Shown piece after piece: positions 1 to 7,597 of a stretch of DNA of 28,727 bases (positions are counted from its first letter, which is position 1; every line of letters starts with the position of its first letter). The notes under the pieces were generated by a model that saw only the letters and a list, made by a program, of their open reading frames with translations, did no database searches and was not told the origin of the DNA. A program made the translations under genes and the position numbers. The DNA is from a virus (lineage: Duplodnaviria; Caudoviricetes): the IMG/VR virus record IMGVR_UViG_3300020045_011467, positions 1 through 28,727 of that record; one strand, 5' to 3'.

Positions 1-1354
1 CCCCGGCTTTAGCCAGGTCCTTGATAACCTCATCTTCCTGGGGAATATCCATCATGCCAAAGGCCAAGCGGATAACCGATTCCGGCATACCCTTCAGGCT
101 CGTTACCTTATCGACCTTGGCGAAAGTAACATCATGGTCATCAATCCGCCGGCAACGAATGTCAATAACAATATCATCCCCGTAGAATTGGGAGAGCTTA
201 CGGGTAAGCATCTGGCCGATGAGGTTACAGATAGGGTCCAAGGTGAGGAGGTTAAGCTGTTTCAACGTAGCAAACAACGTGGCATAACTAGAGCCTTCTA
301 CCATACCGGCAGCTGGTTTGGTTATGCCAAACGCGCCTAGGTTGAAGGAGGTTAGTTGGTCCCAACCGCCCTCGTACATCATCTTATCCGGGGTAGCTCC
401 CCATTGCTCTAGCTTGGCCCCTGGGGTAGATACCAAGAGCCTAGCTGTGTTCTCTGGCCCCATATGATCGTTCTCAAAGTCTGACCGAATACGCTCAATC
501 TCTGGCTCGGGCAAGGGGCTGGCACCACTCTCCTGATCGAAATTCAACACGGCACTCGGATTGATACCACGCTTCATGTTATACCACCGGCTGCGGTCGA
601 TGCTATCAACCACATCCAACGGTAAGCGCATAGCTGTAAGAGGGCTGTAGCCATCGTAGAACAGCAAGGCGTGCGGGTATTGTATCTGGGTAATCCATTC
701 CGCTGGAATCTTGGCCCCGGCTGCACTGAGTGGACTGGGGAAACTGGTGAAAGGTCCATAGGGATAGACCGGCTGGATATGGTAGGCACCATTCGGATAT
801 TCCGGCGTTTGTACGGCCATCGGGATAGCCAGGGCGGTAGGAATGACATACAGCTCGGTAATCCGGTCTCCTATCCCGTTGGGGACCATCCAGGCTAAAG
901 CCGTACCGGTTAGGTTTAGTTGCTGGTTAATCCGATACATCAGCGTACCGAACGAATCTTTGCCATTGGGCTTTTCCAAGAGCTTGACAAGATCATACTC
1001 AGGCTCACCCTCTACCACGGGCCGCTTGCCATCTGCATGATTTGGGTCTTTATGGCTAACGGCAAACTCGGCTTGCATCAGCTGCAAACCAGTCCGATGG
1101 ATGGCAATGTAGGGAATACCCGTGAAGTGTCGAGTCTGCTCCCATCTATCATCGGACCAACCACCGGGAACACTACTACGGTAGCTCTCCAGTAGCCGTA
1201 CAATAGAGTTCTTGGAGCCTAGTGCGGTCCTACCTTCCCCACTTTGCTGGGCTGGGCGTTGCTCCCTTAGCCCCTCCTCTTTGTTCGTCCCAAAGGCTTG
1301 GTCCCACAACGCGCGGCTACTACGCTTGCGAGTAATGTCCTTAATGAACCCCAT
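1..1354 (-). CDS. Phage portal protein, HK97-like (3' end runs off the window)
   Basis: Translated by hand: open frame from ATG 1354 (AGGT upstream) to the edge, MGFIKDITRKR...LLEKPNGKDSFGTLMYRINQQLNLTGTALAWMVPNGIGDRITELYVIP...GYSPLTAM...GINPSAVLNF...RSDFENDHMGPENTARLLV. The LL..PN, G.A..W, G.SPL and G..P..VL blocks match HK97-family portals. Confidence 0.88.
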   Translation of the reverse strand, partial: MGFIKDITRKRSSRALWDQAFGTNKEEGLREQRPAQQSGEGRTALGSKNSIVRLLESYRSSVPGGWSDDRWEQTRHFTGIPYIAIHRTGLQLMQAEFAVSHKDPNHADGKRPVVEGEPEYDLVKLLEKPNGKDSFGTLMYRINQQLNLTGTALAWMVPNGIGDRITELYVIPTALAIPMAVQTPEYPNGAYHIQPVYPYGPFTSFPSPLSAAGAKIPAEWITQIQYPHALLFYDGYSPLTAMRLPLDVVDSIDRSRWYNMKRGINPSAVLNFDQESGASPLPEPEIERIRSDFENDHMGPENTARLLVSTPGAKLEQWGATPDKMMYEGGWDQLTSFNLGAFGITKPAAGMVEGSSYATLFATLKQLNLLTLDPICNLIGQMLTRKLSQFYGDDIVIDIRCRRIDDHDVTFAKVDKVTSLKGMPESVIRLAFGMMDIPQEDEVIKDLAKAG

Positions 1355-1413
1355 TGGTGGACCTACTTTTCTCAGTAAGAGAATTTTTCACTATGGCCAT
1401 ACATATAACTAGG

Positions 1414-1419
1414 TATAAT
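1414..1419 (+). promoter_or_regulatory. Possible -10 box (TATAAT) for the antisense csf1-like cassette
   Basis: Perfect TATAAT in an AT-rich divergent intergenic region 45 nt before ATG 1465; no convincing -35. Confidence 0.4.
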
Positions 1420-1464
1420 ACCCGGTAGATAATCGCCTTGTATACAACACTAGGAGCTAGGTTT

Positions 1465-2196
1465 ATGGCAACGTTGAATTCAGGCTTTTTATCCGCTCCC
1501 CACCTCTACGCGCATAGCCAGGAAAAGGTCTGTAGCGGGAAGGAAAGGTGTTACTGGTGTGGGGCACCCTGTGGTATGGCGAATGTCCACGGGGAAGTAC
1601 CACCGCAAATTATGCGGGGTTATCGTTCTACAGCCAAAGTACCCTCTAGCCATTGGATTTGTACGGGCTGTTGGCTATGGCGCCGGCAATCCATTACCCT
1701 CCATTTCCTGAATGGAAGAGGCTACCAAGATCGGCAAGCCCCTAGTAAGTGGTCCTGGTTGATTACGGAGAAAGAAGCCTTAGCCTTGCGGACTAGTGGG
1801 CAAGCCGTCTTTGCCAGTGGCTGCCTCCAAGACCGGGAGATGGCCTATCAATATCTCCTTAGGCCCAATGGGCAATCCTTTTGCCTGTCCCTGGTAAGTA
1901 GTGGACAGGTGAACCAATTGCACATGGCTTGTGTCAACCAAAGTAGTAGCGGGTTTACAGCGGGTGCCCAATTTACCTATACCCTGGATGGTAGGCAACT
2001 AACCTATACCGTCCATGAGCTAGAAGAAGCCATGAGGAAGAATGCCAACGGTGCTTCTCCTGGAGTAAGGTTACTTATGGAGCATCTAGGGCCAGCACCG
2101 GAAGGCTTGGTAGAATTGAATCGGGATGCACCCCTGAAACCGAAAGCCGGACACCCCATTGTTGAACAGGGCCAAGCATTGAGGAAAAAAATCTAA
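1465..2196 (+). CDS. Csf1/Cas8-like (type IV CRISPR large-subunit-like) zinc-finger protein
   Basis: AGGAG RBS before ATG 1465. CYWCG and PSSHWICTGC Cys pairs, SWLIT, YLLRP..QSF, SGQ.NQL..ACVN follow the Csf1 pattern C..CG / P.S..C..C / LL.PP..PF / S.QKH....VN. Confidence 0.55.
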   Translation: MATLNSGFLSAPHLYAHSQEKVCSGKERCYWCGAPCGMANVHGEVPPQIMRGYRSTAKVPSSHWICTGCWLWRRQSITLHFLNGRGYQDRQAPSKWSWLITEKEALALRTSGQAVFASGCLQDREMAYQYLLRPNGQSFCLSLVSSGQVNQLHMACVNQSSSGFTAGAQFTYTLDGRQLTYTVHELEEAMRKNANGASPGVRLLMEHLGPAPEGLVELNRDAPLKPKAGHPIVEQGQALRKKI

Positions 2197-2207
2197 GGAG
2201 GAGAACC

Positions 2208-2399
2208 ATGTTTGTCACTTTCAAGGAGCATACCATTCCGCGCGTTTACTTTGGTGCCCCTACCCACAATAACGCCATCATTCCTGTACTGTGCCCCAAC
2301 TGCAAGCAGCAATTGGTACTGGCCAGTAGCCCCGGACGGGTTAAGGTCGAATGTCCCAAGTGCCACTGGTGGGGCTGGCTCCAAGCTGGGCCTCGCTAA
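2208..2399 (+). CDS. Small zinc-ribbon protein
   Basis: Strong AAGGAGG RBS, CPNC and CPKC pairs, 11 nt downstream of the csf1-like gene. Confidence 0.7.
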   Translation: MFVTFKEHTIPRVYFGAPTHNNAIIPVLCPNCKQQLVLASSPGRVKVECPKCHWWGWLQAGPR

Positions 2400-2566
2400 G
2401 ACTGTTTCCACCAGTCGGCAGGATCATCATCCTGGGGTCTTTCCTTTTTCTGTAGTAGTAGCTCCAATTGTCTGACCAGCTGGTAGAGCCAAATGGCCAA
2501 AGACAAGGAAAAGATGGCCAAGCAAATGTTGGTACAGGTTAGCACTAGCCTGGCATAATCCGACAT
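2396..2566 (-). CDS. Small single-pass membrane protein (56 aa)
   Basis: ATG overlaps the upstream TAA (TAATG); hydrophobic run LVLTCTNICLAIFSLSLAIWLY followed by a charged tail. Confidence 0.6.
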   Translation of the reverse strand: MSDYARLVLTCTNICLAIFSLSLAIWLYQLVRQLELLLQKKERPQDDDPADWWKQS

Positions 2567-2814
2567 TACTTGCCGTCCTTTCCTTGTTTGTTGAACCATC
2601 GGCAAGAACAGAGCCAAACGATCCTACCTCCGCGCATCTCCTGATGAATAGCATACCCACAGATAGGACACTTGCCGGCCTGACAATCTAACGAGGCGTG
2701 TTCCTTATTGTGCTGGGCCATCTCCCTGAGTTCGTCTAACTCGGGATGGCAATCTGCCAGGCGTATACGCGGTAGGTTATCGTAAACATCCTGTTTTTTA
2801 GGTAGTTTTCCCAT
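2566..2814 (-). CDS. Hypothetical zinc-ribbon protein
   Basis: TGATG coupling to the upstream gene; CPIC...CSC motif. Confidence 0.6.
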   Translation of the reverse strand: MGKLPKKQDVYDNLPRIRLADCHPELDELREMAQHNKEHASLDCQAGKCPICGYAIHQEMRGGRIVWLCSCRWFNKQGKDGK

Positions 2815-3017
2815 CAACCCTCATTCCTGCGATTGGGGGATTCTCCGGCGGGTAGAATAACACCGCTGTAGATGTGTTTGTCCGCCGTCTCTTGCCGATG
2901 GTCTATGAAGGTTCTGAGCCTATCCTCCAGGCAAGTCCTATTCCAATGGCTGGCCCAGCGTTGCCAGAGTGAATATCTTTTGCCATCCCAATAGCGGAGC
3001 CAGGCTATGTATTCCAT
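2814..3017 (-). CDS. Hypothetical protein
   Basis: ATG with purine-rich upstream sequence; stop overlaps the next start. Confidence 0.55.
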   Translation of the reverse strand: MEYIAWLRYWDGKRYSLWQRWASHWNRTCLEDRLRTFIDHRQETADKHIYSGVILPAGESPNRRNEG

Positions 3018-3044
3018 GACCCCATCCTGTTAGGGTCTAATTAC

Positions 3045-3145
3045 TAGGCATAGGGGGTTGAGTAACGAACCCAACCGCCCACCTATTGCTAGGTTCTCTT
3101 ACGGGCCACTAGCTCCACCCTAGCCAAGCTAGAGCCCTATACCTA
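3045..3145 (-). ncRNA. 101-nt cloverleaf / tRNA-like structured RNA
   Basis: Minus strand folds as TAGGTATAGGG/CCCTATGCCTA (11 bp), CTAGCTT/GAGCTAG arm, GCCC/GGGC arm enclosing ACCTA-GCAA-TAGGT, and GGTTGGG-TTCGTTA-CTCAACC T-like arm; fills most of an intergenic gap. Confidence 0.6.
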
Positions 3146-3153
3146 ATATGCGC

Positions 3154-3693
3154 TTAACGGAACTGGCGGAAAGTCTTCGTGACCTTACCATCCGTTTCCG
3201 TAATAGTTACTTCTTCACTAACAATGTTAGAGGCTGGGCTGTCATACCCGCGCATAACATTAAGCCTCGCCTCATTGCACCCATAGGCTACCGGTGCAGT
3301 ATACACCGGCTGAGCAAAAGCCACCGGGGGAGCATAGCTATAACCACCCACAAAAGCTACCCGATTGAAATGGTGCCCAGCATTGACGAAAGCTACCTGG
3401 TGGTGATAGCCCGCATTAACCACGGCTACATTCTGGTGATGGAAGCCGGCATTAACGGCTACCACGTTGGCCGAGCGGAACCTAGCCACGCCGGCGTTGA
3501 CAGCTGCAAAGCTACCGCCATTAACCACGGTAACATCCGTGCGCCTACCCAGGAAACCACCTCGGCTCACGTTGACCACGGAAGCTCCGGCTACCACGGT
3601 AACGTTCCGTCGAAACGGAAAGGCTTGGGCTTCCTGAGGGATAAGGGCCAGGGCTACCAAAGCCAAGGCCATAAAGCTAATAAGGCATCGCAT
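3154..3693 (-). CDS. Exported protein with Val/Ala/Asn/Gly/His imperfect repeats
   Basis: AGGAG RBS before ATG 3693; signal peptide MRCLISFMALALVALALIPQEAQA; repeats VAVNAGFHHQ, VAVVNAGYHHQ, VAFVNAGHHF. Confidence 0.8.
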   Translation of the reverse strand: MRCLISFMALALVALALIPQEAQAFPFRRNVTVVAGASVVNVSRGGFLGRRTDVTVVNGGSFAAVNAGVARFRSANVVAVNAGFHHQNVAVVNAGYHHQVAFVNAGHHFNRVAFVGGYSYAPPVAFAQPVYTAPVAYGCNEARLNVMRGYDSPASNIVSEEVTITETDGKVTKTFRQFR

Positions 3694-3704
3694 GTTTGGT
3701 TCTC

Positions 3705-4322
3705 CTATTTCTTCGTTAGTACCCATTCATCATAGAGGATTTTCAGCTCTTCATCCTTAAGCGCATTCTTTTGTTTCCATTCGCTTAGCTCCTTCTCTTT
3801 ACCTTTTTCCAGGAGAGCAGATGGCGGGGGAGGCATGTTTCCAGCTGCTGTCAACCCAAACGCTGCCCAACGTTTGGTAGTGCTAACACTGTTCGGGTCG
3901 GTTAGGTCCAGGTGTTTATTGTCCTTCCCGTGGCAAGAGAAGCAATTGTTTTGCAGGATCGTTAGGGCCTTGGGGCTACCCTTAATAACAGGTTGAGGGG
4001 TTGTCCTGGTTGGCTCGGATTCTACCCTGGCTACTCCTGGTTTCACATCTGCTGCATTGCTATTCAGGCCATTTAGCCGTCCGCGCATTTCTTTCATCAG
4101 GTCAAAGGCTTCTAGGTAAAGCCTATCACGATAGAGGTCGGAGAGGCTATAGTATCTATCCTTGTGTACTTGTACCTCGATAACGTAAGGAACGTAGTAA
4201 GGTTGGTAGTGATAGGAGGGGGCTACATAGGCTTGGAAGGGCCTGTAGCAACCTCCCGCCAAGCTCTCCTGAGTGAAAGCTAGACAGGCAATAGCGATGA
4301 TAAGAAAAGCAAAGCGAAGCAT
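3705..4322 (-). CDS. Exported c-type cytochrome, planctomycete cytochrome c (PSCyt1-like) domain
   Basis: Signal peptide; ILQNNCFSCHG heme motif, LDL block and distal GNMPP Met ligand motif. Confidence 0.75.
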   Translation of the reverse strand: MLRFAFLIIAIACLAFTQESLAGGCYRPFQAYVAPSYHYQPYYVPYVIEVQVHKDRYYSLSDLYRDRLYLEAFDLMKEMRGRLNGLNSNAADVKPGVARVESEPTRTTPQPVIKGSPKALTILQNNCFSCHGKDNKHLDLTDPNSVSTTKRWAAFGLTAAGNMPPPPSALLEKGKEKELSEWKQKNALKDEELKILYDEWVLTKK

Positions 4323-4351
4323 GGTCTTATCCTTTCATATTAACCTAGCCT

Positions 4352-4380
4352 ACTTTACCTTTTGGTATGCGTTAGGGCAA
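4352..4380 (-). promoter_or_regulatory. Putative sigma70-type promoter for the cytochrome c / repeat-protein genes
   Basis: TTGCCC (4380-4375), 17-nt spacer, TAAAGT (4357-4352) in the intergenic gap, followed by an AAAGGA RBS. Confidence 0.4.
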
Positions 4381-4381
4381 C

Positions 4382-4894
4382 CTATCTTATCTGCCGGAAT
4401 CGCCAAGTAGGCACCCACGGAGGCCAGTCGCCATTGTAGTAGGCTGCCTCCCCTATCGCTATCCGCATTTTCTTCAGGGCCGCTCGTGGGTGTATGTTAG
4501 TGCGCGCCTCTAGTGCAGCGGTCCAGAATTCCCGTAGTTGGTTGGCGTCAGCTATAGAAGCCTCTACCGCGAAATAGTCAGCCAGGCCGTATTGGTTGCT
4601 GGCCCATTCTGTGTAGTGGTAGTTCATCTCCAGGTAAGAGCCTATCACTTTCCTGGGGGGTAGCCTAAACCTATCTTCCGCTGGTGGAGCATCGTATAAT
4701 TCGCGGTGCCGGCATTGGCACCAGCATAGATCGGAGCCATAATTATGGCCCCAAGAATCCTGAGTGATAGGCCAGAGGTCCAATAAGTGGGCCACATCTT
4801 TCATGGCCTGTCTACGACCTGGATCGGCCTCGGTTGGCCACTCATTGGTAGGTGGACAAAGGATAAGCAGTAGCGTTAAGGTCCAATCGTTCAC
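4382..4894 (-). CDS. Hypothetical helical protein
   Basis: AAGGAGG RBS before GTG; 170 aa; C-terminal IG..AYY.G.WPPWVPTWRF block resembles planctomycete hypotheticals (from memory, unverified). Confidence 0.7.
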   Translation of the reverse strand: MNDWTLTLLLILCPPTNEWPTEADPGRRQAMKDVAHLLDLWPITQDSWGHNYGSDLCWCQCRHRELYDAPPAEDRFRLPPRKVIGSYLEMNYHYTEWASNQYGLADYFAVEASIADANQLREFWTAALEARTNIHPRAALKKMRIAIGEAAYYNGDWPPWVPTWRFRQIR

Positions 4895-4951
4895 GTTCCC
4901 TCCTTGGGTTATAAACCGTGAAACAACCGTATTAGTGCTTGCTTCTATCTC

Positions 4952-5194
4952 TTAATGCTTCCCGCAAGGGTTAGCACACTTCGGATCATTACAGATAGAA
5001 CACTCTTGCTGGATTGGAGTTACAATGTACTCTGTGCGCATCTGGTCATACAAGCAGCCATGAGGGCAAAAGGACACATGCAAGGGCTCGGGTTGCTCAC
5101 ATCCCTCTAAGCAGCGACTAGGCCAAAAGACTAGCCTTAGCTTTTGCTCACTATTGGGGGTTTCCACTTCAGTAGTCCAACCATTTTCGTTCAT
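4952..5194 (-). CDS. Small Cys/His-rich hypothetical protein
   Basis: ATGA overlap with the upstream stop; eight Cys in 80 aa. Confidence 0.55.
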   Translation of the reverse strand: MNENGWTTEVETPNSEQKLRLVFWPSRCLEGCEQPEPLHVSFCPHGCLYDQMRTEYIVTPIQQECSICNDPKCANPCGKH

Positions 5195-6837
5195 GGGTAT
5201 ACCCTTTCACGGGAACTAGAGAGGATTTTCATCAACTCCGGAAATACGTCTTCATCCCAGGTAGACCGAGGGATAGGTTCCTTCCGTGCTAACTCCGCGC
5301 TTCTCCTGAGTGTTGATCGGACAGCAGCTACCCTGAGAAACGCTTCGGGTGCCCCGGTCTCTCTACAAGCCTGTTCTAATGTGATAGGGTCTAAGTACCT
5401 GTGGTGCCACTTTAGGGTTAATTGGGCCAACTGTAACCCAGTCCAACCGTCTACATAGTTGTTGGCTTTGGTGCCGGTTGCTTCCTTCCAGATACCTTTC
5501 GTGGTTTCACGGATAGGCTTAATCTCATCACCCCAACCAAGGAAAAAGCTATCATAATCCTCAGCCGCTTTCTTATCCGGCAAGCCTGTTTTTAGGTCTT
5601 TGAACCGTACATCAATCTCATTGGGTATGGCTTGCTCCAAGACGTTGTTAAGAGGAATCCACCCATACCATTCCGCATGGCAAGCGTAACAAGCCAGCGG
5701 ACCATTCCTTACCCTACGGTCTCGGCTATCTCTGGTATGGATAGCTATTTCGATAGGCACCTCTTCTACGCGCTTACCTTGTGCATTTACCAGCAAGGTA
5801 GCCAGGCCATCACCAGCGGGTAGTGTGAAGAGTAGTTCGCCTCCATCTACGGTAGCTCGGCCCTTGTCCCTGGGTTGATCGGTAAAAGCGTTTTCCTCAA
5901 AGTCGCGTTTGCCAGCTGTCTTTTTCACATCGAAGGTTTCCCCGTAGATGGCACCAAACCGACTAAGGGCAGGGGCCAACCAGACTTGCCTATTGTTCCT
6001 GGCTACAAACGAACCTCCAGCCTCTACATCCGTGGCTCCCCTGAGTACCGCCCCTCTCCTGGATTGTAGGGTTACTAGGGCTCTCTCATAATCTTCGCCC
6101 TTGAGCCCACCGATGAAAGCGGTGAACCATTCCGTTTTGTTCTGAGGAAAATCCTTGAAACCACGTTGGGCGAAGGCTTGCTTGTAGGGATACCAACCTC
6201 CTGGATAAAACTTCCCATCGGTCCAGATACCACCGGCCCACTTGCGTAGCACGTTACGAAATTCTACCTGGATGTTCCCCTGGCTATCCTTCAGGAGTGG
6301 ATAGCGTTGCTCGGCAAAGATGAGGTCGTAATAGTCTGGACTGTTGATAGTGTGATAGGAGCGGTTATAGAACCCCCAAGCCTCAACAATGCCCACTGCC
6401 TGAAAGTTGCCAGGTTGCCTTTCTCCCAGGAGTGCCCTTAGCTGTTGGGCTGTGGCTGGTTGTACCCAGGGTTCTCTAAATTTGGTATCACGTATAGCTA
6501 CCTGCCTCCAAGCCACGTCATTCCACCCCCAGCTAGTAAGGTCTATCCACCATAGAGTATTACTACCTGGAACGCGCGTAGGGAATACCCGACGATTGGG
6601 GGATAGGGTTAGCTGCCTAAAGGCAAAGCGGAATAGTACCTCGAATTCCGCCCGGTCTTCCTGAGGAATAGAGTAGGTACTAAGCAAGCGGACCTGGAAA
6701 CGTTCGTCTCCCATACCTTCCAGGAACTTAATCGCTGCTCGAGTTTCCGTTTCGGGGTCTACAATGGCTAAAGGCTCGGCACTGAAGGCCGAGTGAGATA
6801 TGGCTAAACACAGGCTTAGGGTAAACCAGCGGGCCAT
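5191..6837 (-). CDS. Large exported protein with a single CxxCH heme-c motif
   Basis: Signal peptide MARWFTLSLCLAISHSAFSA; RVRNGPLACYACH motif; 548-aa ORF. Confidence 0.75.
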   Translation of the reverse strand: MARWFTLSLCLAISHSAFSAEPLAIVDPETETRAAIKFLEGMGDERFQVRLLSTYSIPQEDRAEFEVLFRFAFRQLTLSPNRRVFPTRVPGSNTLWWIDLTSWGWNDVAWRQVAIRDTKFREPWVQPATAQQLRALLGERQPGNFQAVGIVEAWGFYNRSYHTINSPDYYDLIFAEQRYPLLKDSQGNIQVEFRNVLRKWAGGIWTDGKFYPGGWYPYKQAFAQRGFKDFPQNKTEWFTAFIGGLKGEDYERALVTLQSRRGAVLRGATDVEAGGSFVARNNRQVWLAPALSRFGAIYGETFDVKKTAGKRDFEENAFTDQPRDKGRATVDGGELLFTLPAGDGLATLLVNAQGKRVEEVPIEIAIHTRDSRDRRVRNGPLACYACHAEWYGWIPLNNVLEQAIPNEIDVRFKDLKTGLPDKKAAEDYDSFFLGWGDEIKPIRETTKGIWKEATGTKANNYVDGWTGLQLAQLTLKWHHRYLDPITLEQACRETGAPEAFLRVAAVRSTLRRSAELARKEPIPRSTWDEDVFPELMKILSSSRERVYP

Positions 6838-6847
6838 AGGGCTGCCC

Positions 6848-7027
6848 TTAATTTAGAGTTACATCCAGGCTATCGGCTACTAATCGAAGTTTCTTAGATA
6901 GGTCCCTGGCTACATCCAGGGTTAAGTGTAACTCCAGGTCTTCGCCAATGGCTACCGTAATCTCTCTGGTATTGCTATCCGCGCTTACCCATATCTGACA
7001 TCCCTCTTCGTTGTTTGGATTGTTCAC
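6848..7027 (-). CDS. Hypothetical protein (59 aa, below track cutoff)
   Basis: GTG overlaps the upstream TGA (GTGA); MNNPNNEEGCQIWVSADSNTREITVAIGEDLELHLTLDVARDLSKKLRLVADSLDVTLN fills the gap. Confidence 0.6.
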   Translation of the reverse strand: MNNPNNEEGCQIWVSADSNTREITVAIGEDLELHLTLDVARDLSKKLRLVADSLDVTLN

Positions 7028-7185
7028 TGCTCACCCCCTAACTCGGTGTACAGTTCTTCAATATGGTCTCGTGCGGGTGGTAAAGGCTGTACATCTTCTA
7101 TGTGTGTACTTTCTACCAAGAGCCCATCTGGCCCCCAACCACAAAAACCATCAAACCAGTTTACCAGCTTATCAAACCAAGACAT
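7024..7185 (-). CDS. Hypothetical protein (53 aa, below track cutoff)
   Basis: AAGGA RBS; MSWFDKLVNWFDGFCGWGPDG...ELYTELGGEQ; stop coupled to the next gene. Confidence 0.5.
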   Translation of the reverse strand: MSWFDKLVNWFDGFCGWGPDGLLVESTHIEDVQPLPPARDHIEELYTELGGEQ

Positions 7186-7207
7186 AGTGCCATCCTTGTT
7201 GAGTGTA

Positions 7208-7243
7208 ACAAAAAATACCCGGAGGGGAACTAATCCTCCGGGC
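7208..7243 (-). terminator. Rho-independent terminator
   Basis: CCCGGAGG-9 nt-CCTCCGGG hairpin followed by TATTTTTTGT on the minus strand. Confidence 0.8.
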
Positions 7244-7343
7244 TTGGGTTCGCTCCTAGCTCCGTACTAACCCTCCTTACAGTCTACTGCCTACCGCTCG
7301 GGTTAGCAAAGTGCCAACCTCTATTCAGAGCGGTTGGACAAAG

Positions 7344-7535
7344 CTATGCTTCCTCTTTAATGTCTAACTCTGCTAACATCTTGCCTACCTTCTTCCGACA
7401 AGTCCCACAGAGTTCCCCCTGCCAGTCGCCTATATCGGTTCCGCGCCTACCAAATTGCAAGGTGAAGATTCTGTTGTTGTTCTCTTCTACCCTACAAGAC
7501 TCCCCGCAACCGTCACAAACAATTCTTTGGGCCAT
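7344..7535 (-). CDS. Small zinc-finger protein
   Basis: AGGAG RBS before ATG 7535; CDGC...CGTC. Confidence 0.7.
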   Translation of the reverse strand: MAQRIVCDGCGESCRVEENNNRIFTLQFGRRGTDIGDWQGELCGTCRKKVGKMLAELDIKEEA

Positions 7536-7597
7536 GCTACTCTCCTGTTGTGTAAAGGGGGGGGCTTCCATGCCCCGGTCGCAAGGTAGTGCCTGCT

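Noticed and set aside
134-1412. Short track ORFs over the left end
   Set aside because: They are shadows of the long minus-strand portal frame, which the track missed because its stop lies outside the window.
3148-3735. 195-aa plus-strand ORF
   Set aside because: Antisense mirror of the repeat protein gene, which has the RBS and signal peptide.
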